The position numbers and the translations under genes are program-made. From NCBI GenBank assembly GCA_964187785.1, contig OZ076409.1, positions 94,552,001-94,616,000 of the forward strand: 64,000 nucleotides of DNA. Reading direction: 5' to 3'. Shown here piece after piece: positions 63,763 through 64,000 of this stretch. The notes beneath the pieces were generated by a model. It saw nothing but the letters and a program-made list of their open reading frames with translations. It was not told the DNA's origin and ran no database searches. The first letter of the stretch is position 1. Each line of letters starts with the position of its first letter. Origin of the DNA: Amphiscolops sp. MND2022. Taxonomy: Eukaryota.

Positions 63763-64000
63763 TGTTTTACATTAGAACAAGCGACAGAAATTTAAAGCAA
63801 AATTTAAACATTAGGAAAAACATGATATTTAACTATTTCTGTAACGAAAAAAGTCGAGAGCATACCCTTGCAATTATCTTTAAAAAATCAAAGAGCCTTA
63901 AAGAATCAGCTAAGCTCTGATAATTGGTCCCCCTGGTTGAGGAAAAACCGATTCTTCCAAGAATCTTGTAAGATCCTTGCATTTAATACTTTGAAGATCT

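Noticed and set aside
1..64000. Prokaryotic operons, defence systems, tRNA or rRNA genes
   Set aside because: None seen; low coding density, spliceosomal introns and eukaryotic transposons throughout.

Overview
This is AT-rich eukaryotic (invertebrate animal-like) DNA with spliceosomal introns, so most entries in the prokaryote-style ORF track are spurious. Host content is two intron-containing rhodopsin-family GPCR genes. One lies at 2850-4269 (-) and is partial. The other lies at 47042-59135 (+), has two in-frame TAA stops and a duplicated TM1 exon, and is probably a pseudogene. The rest is nested mobile DNA: two degenerate Ty3/Gypsy retrotransposons, LTR-like relics in which an ORF appears to start inside the LTR, Helentron/DINE-1-like non-autonomous elements, three Foldback-type elements, CACTA-like MITEs, a decayed Polinton/Maverick-like capsid gene, and two recent 2.0 and 2.5 kb tandem duplications. 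The most unusual signals are the LTR-internal ORFs, a 115-bp near-perfect palindrome, a perfect 25-bp inverted repeat bracketing a 53-nt exon, and Foldback elements with shared ends but different repeat units. All calls come from manual reading; no database searches were run.
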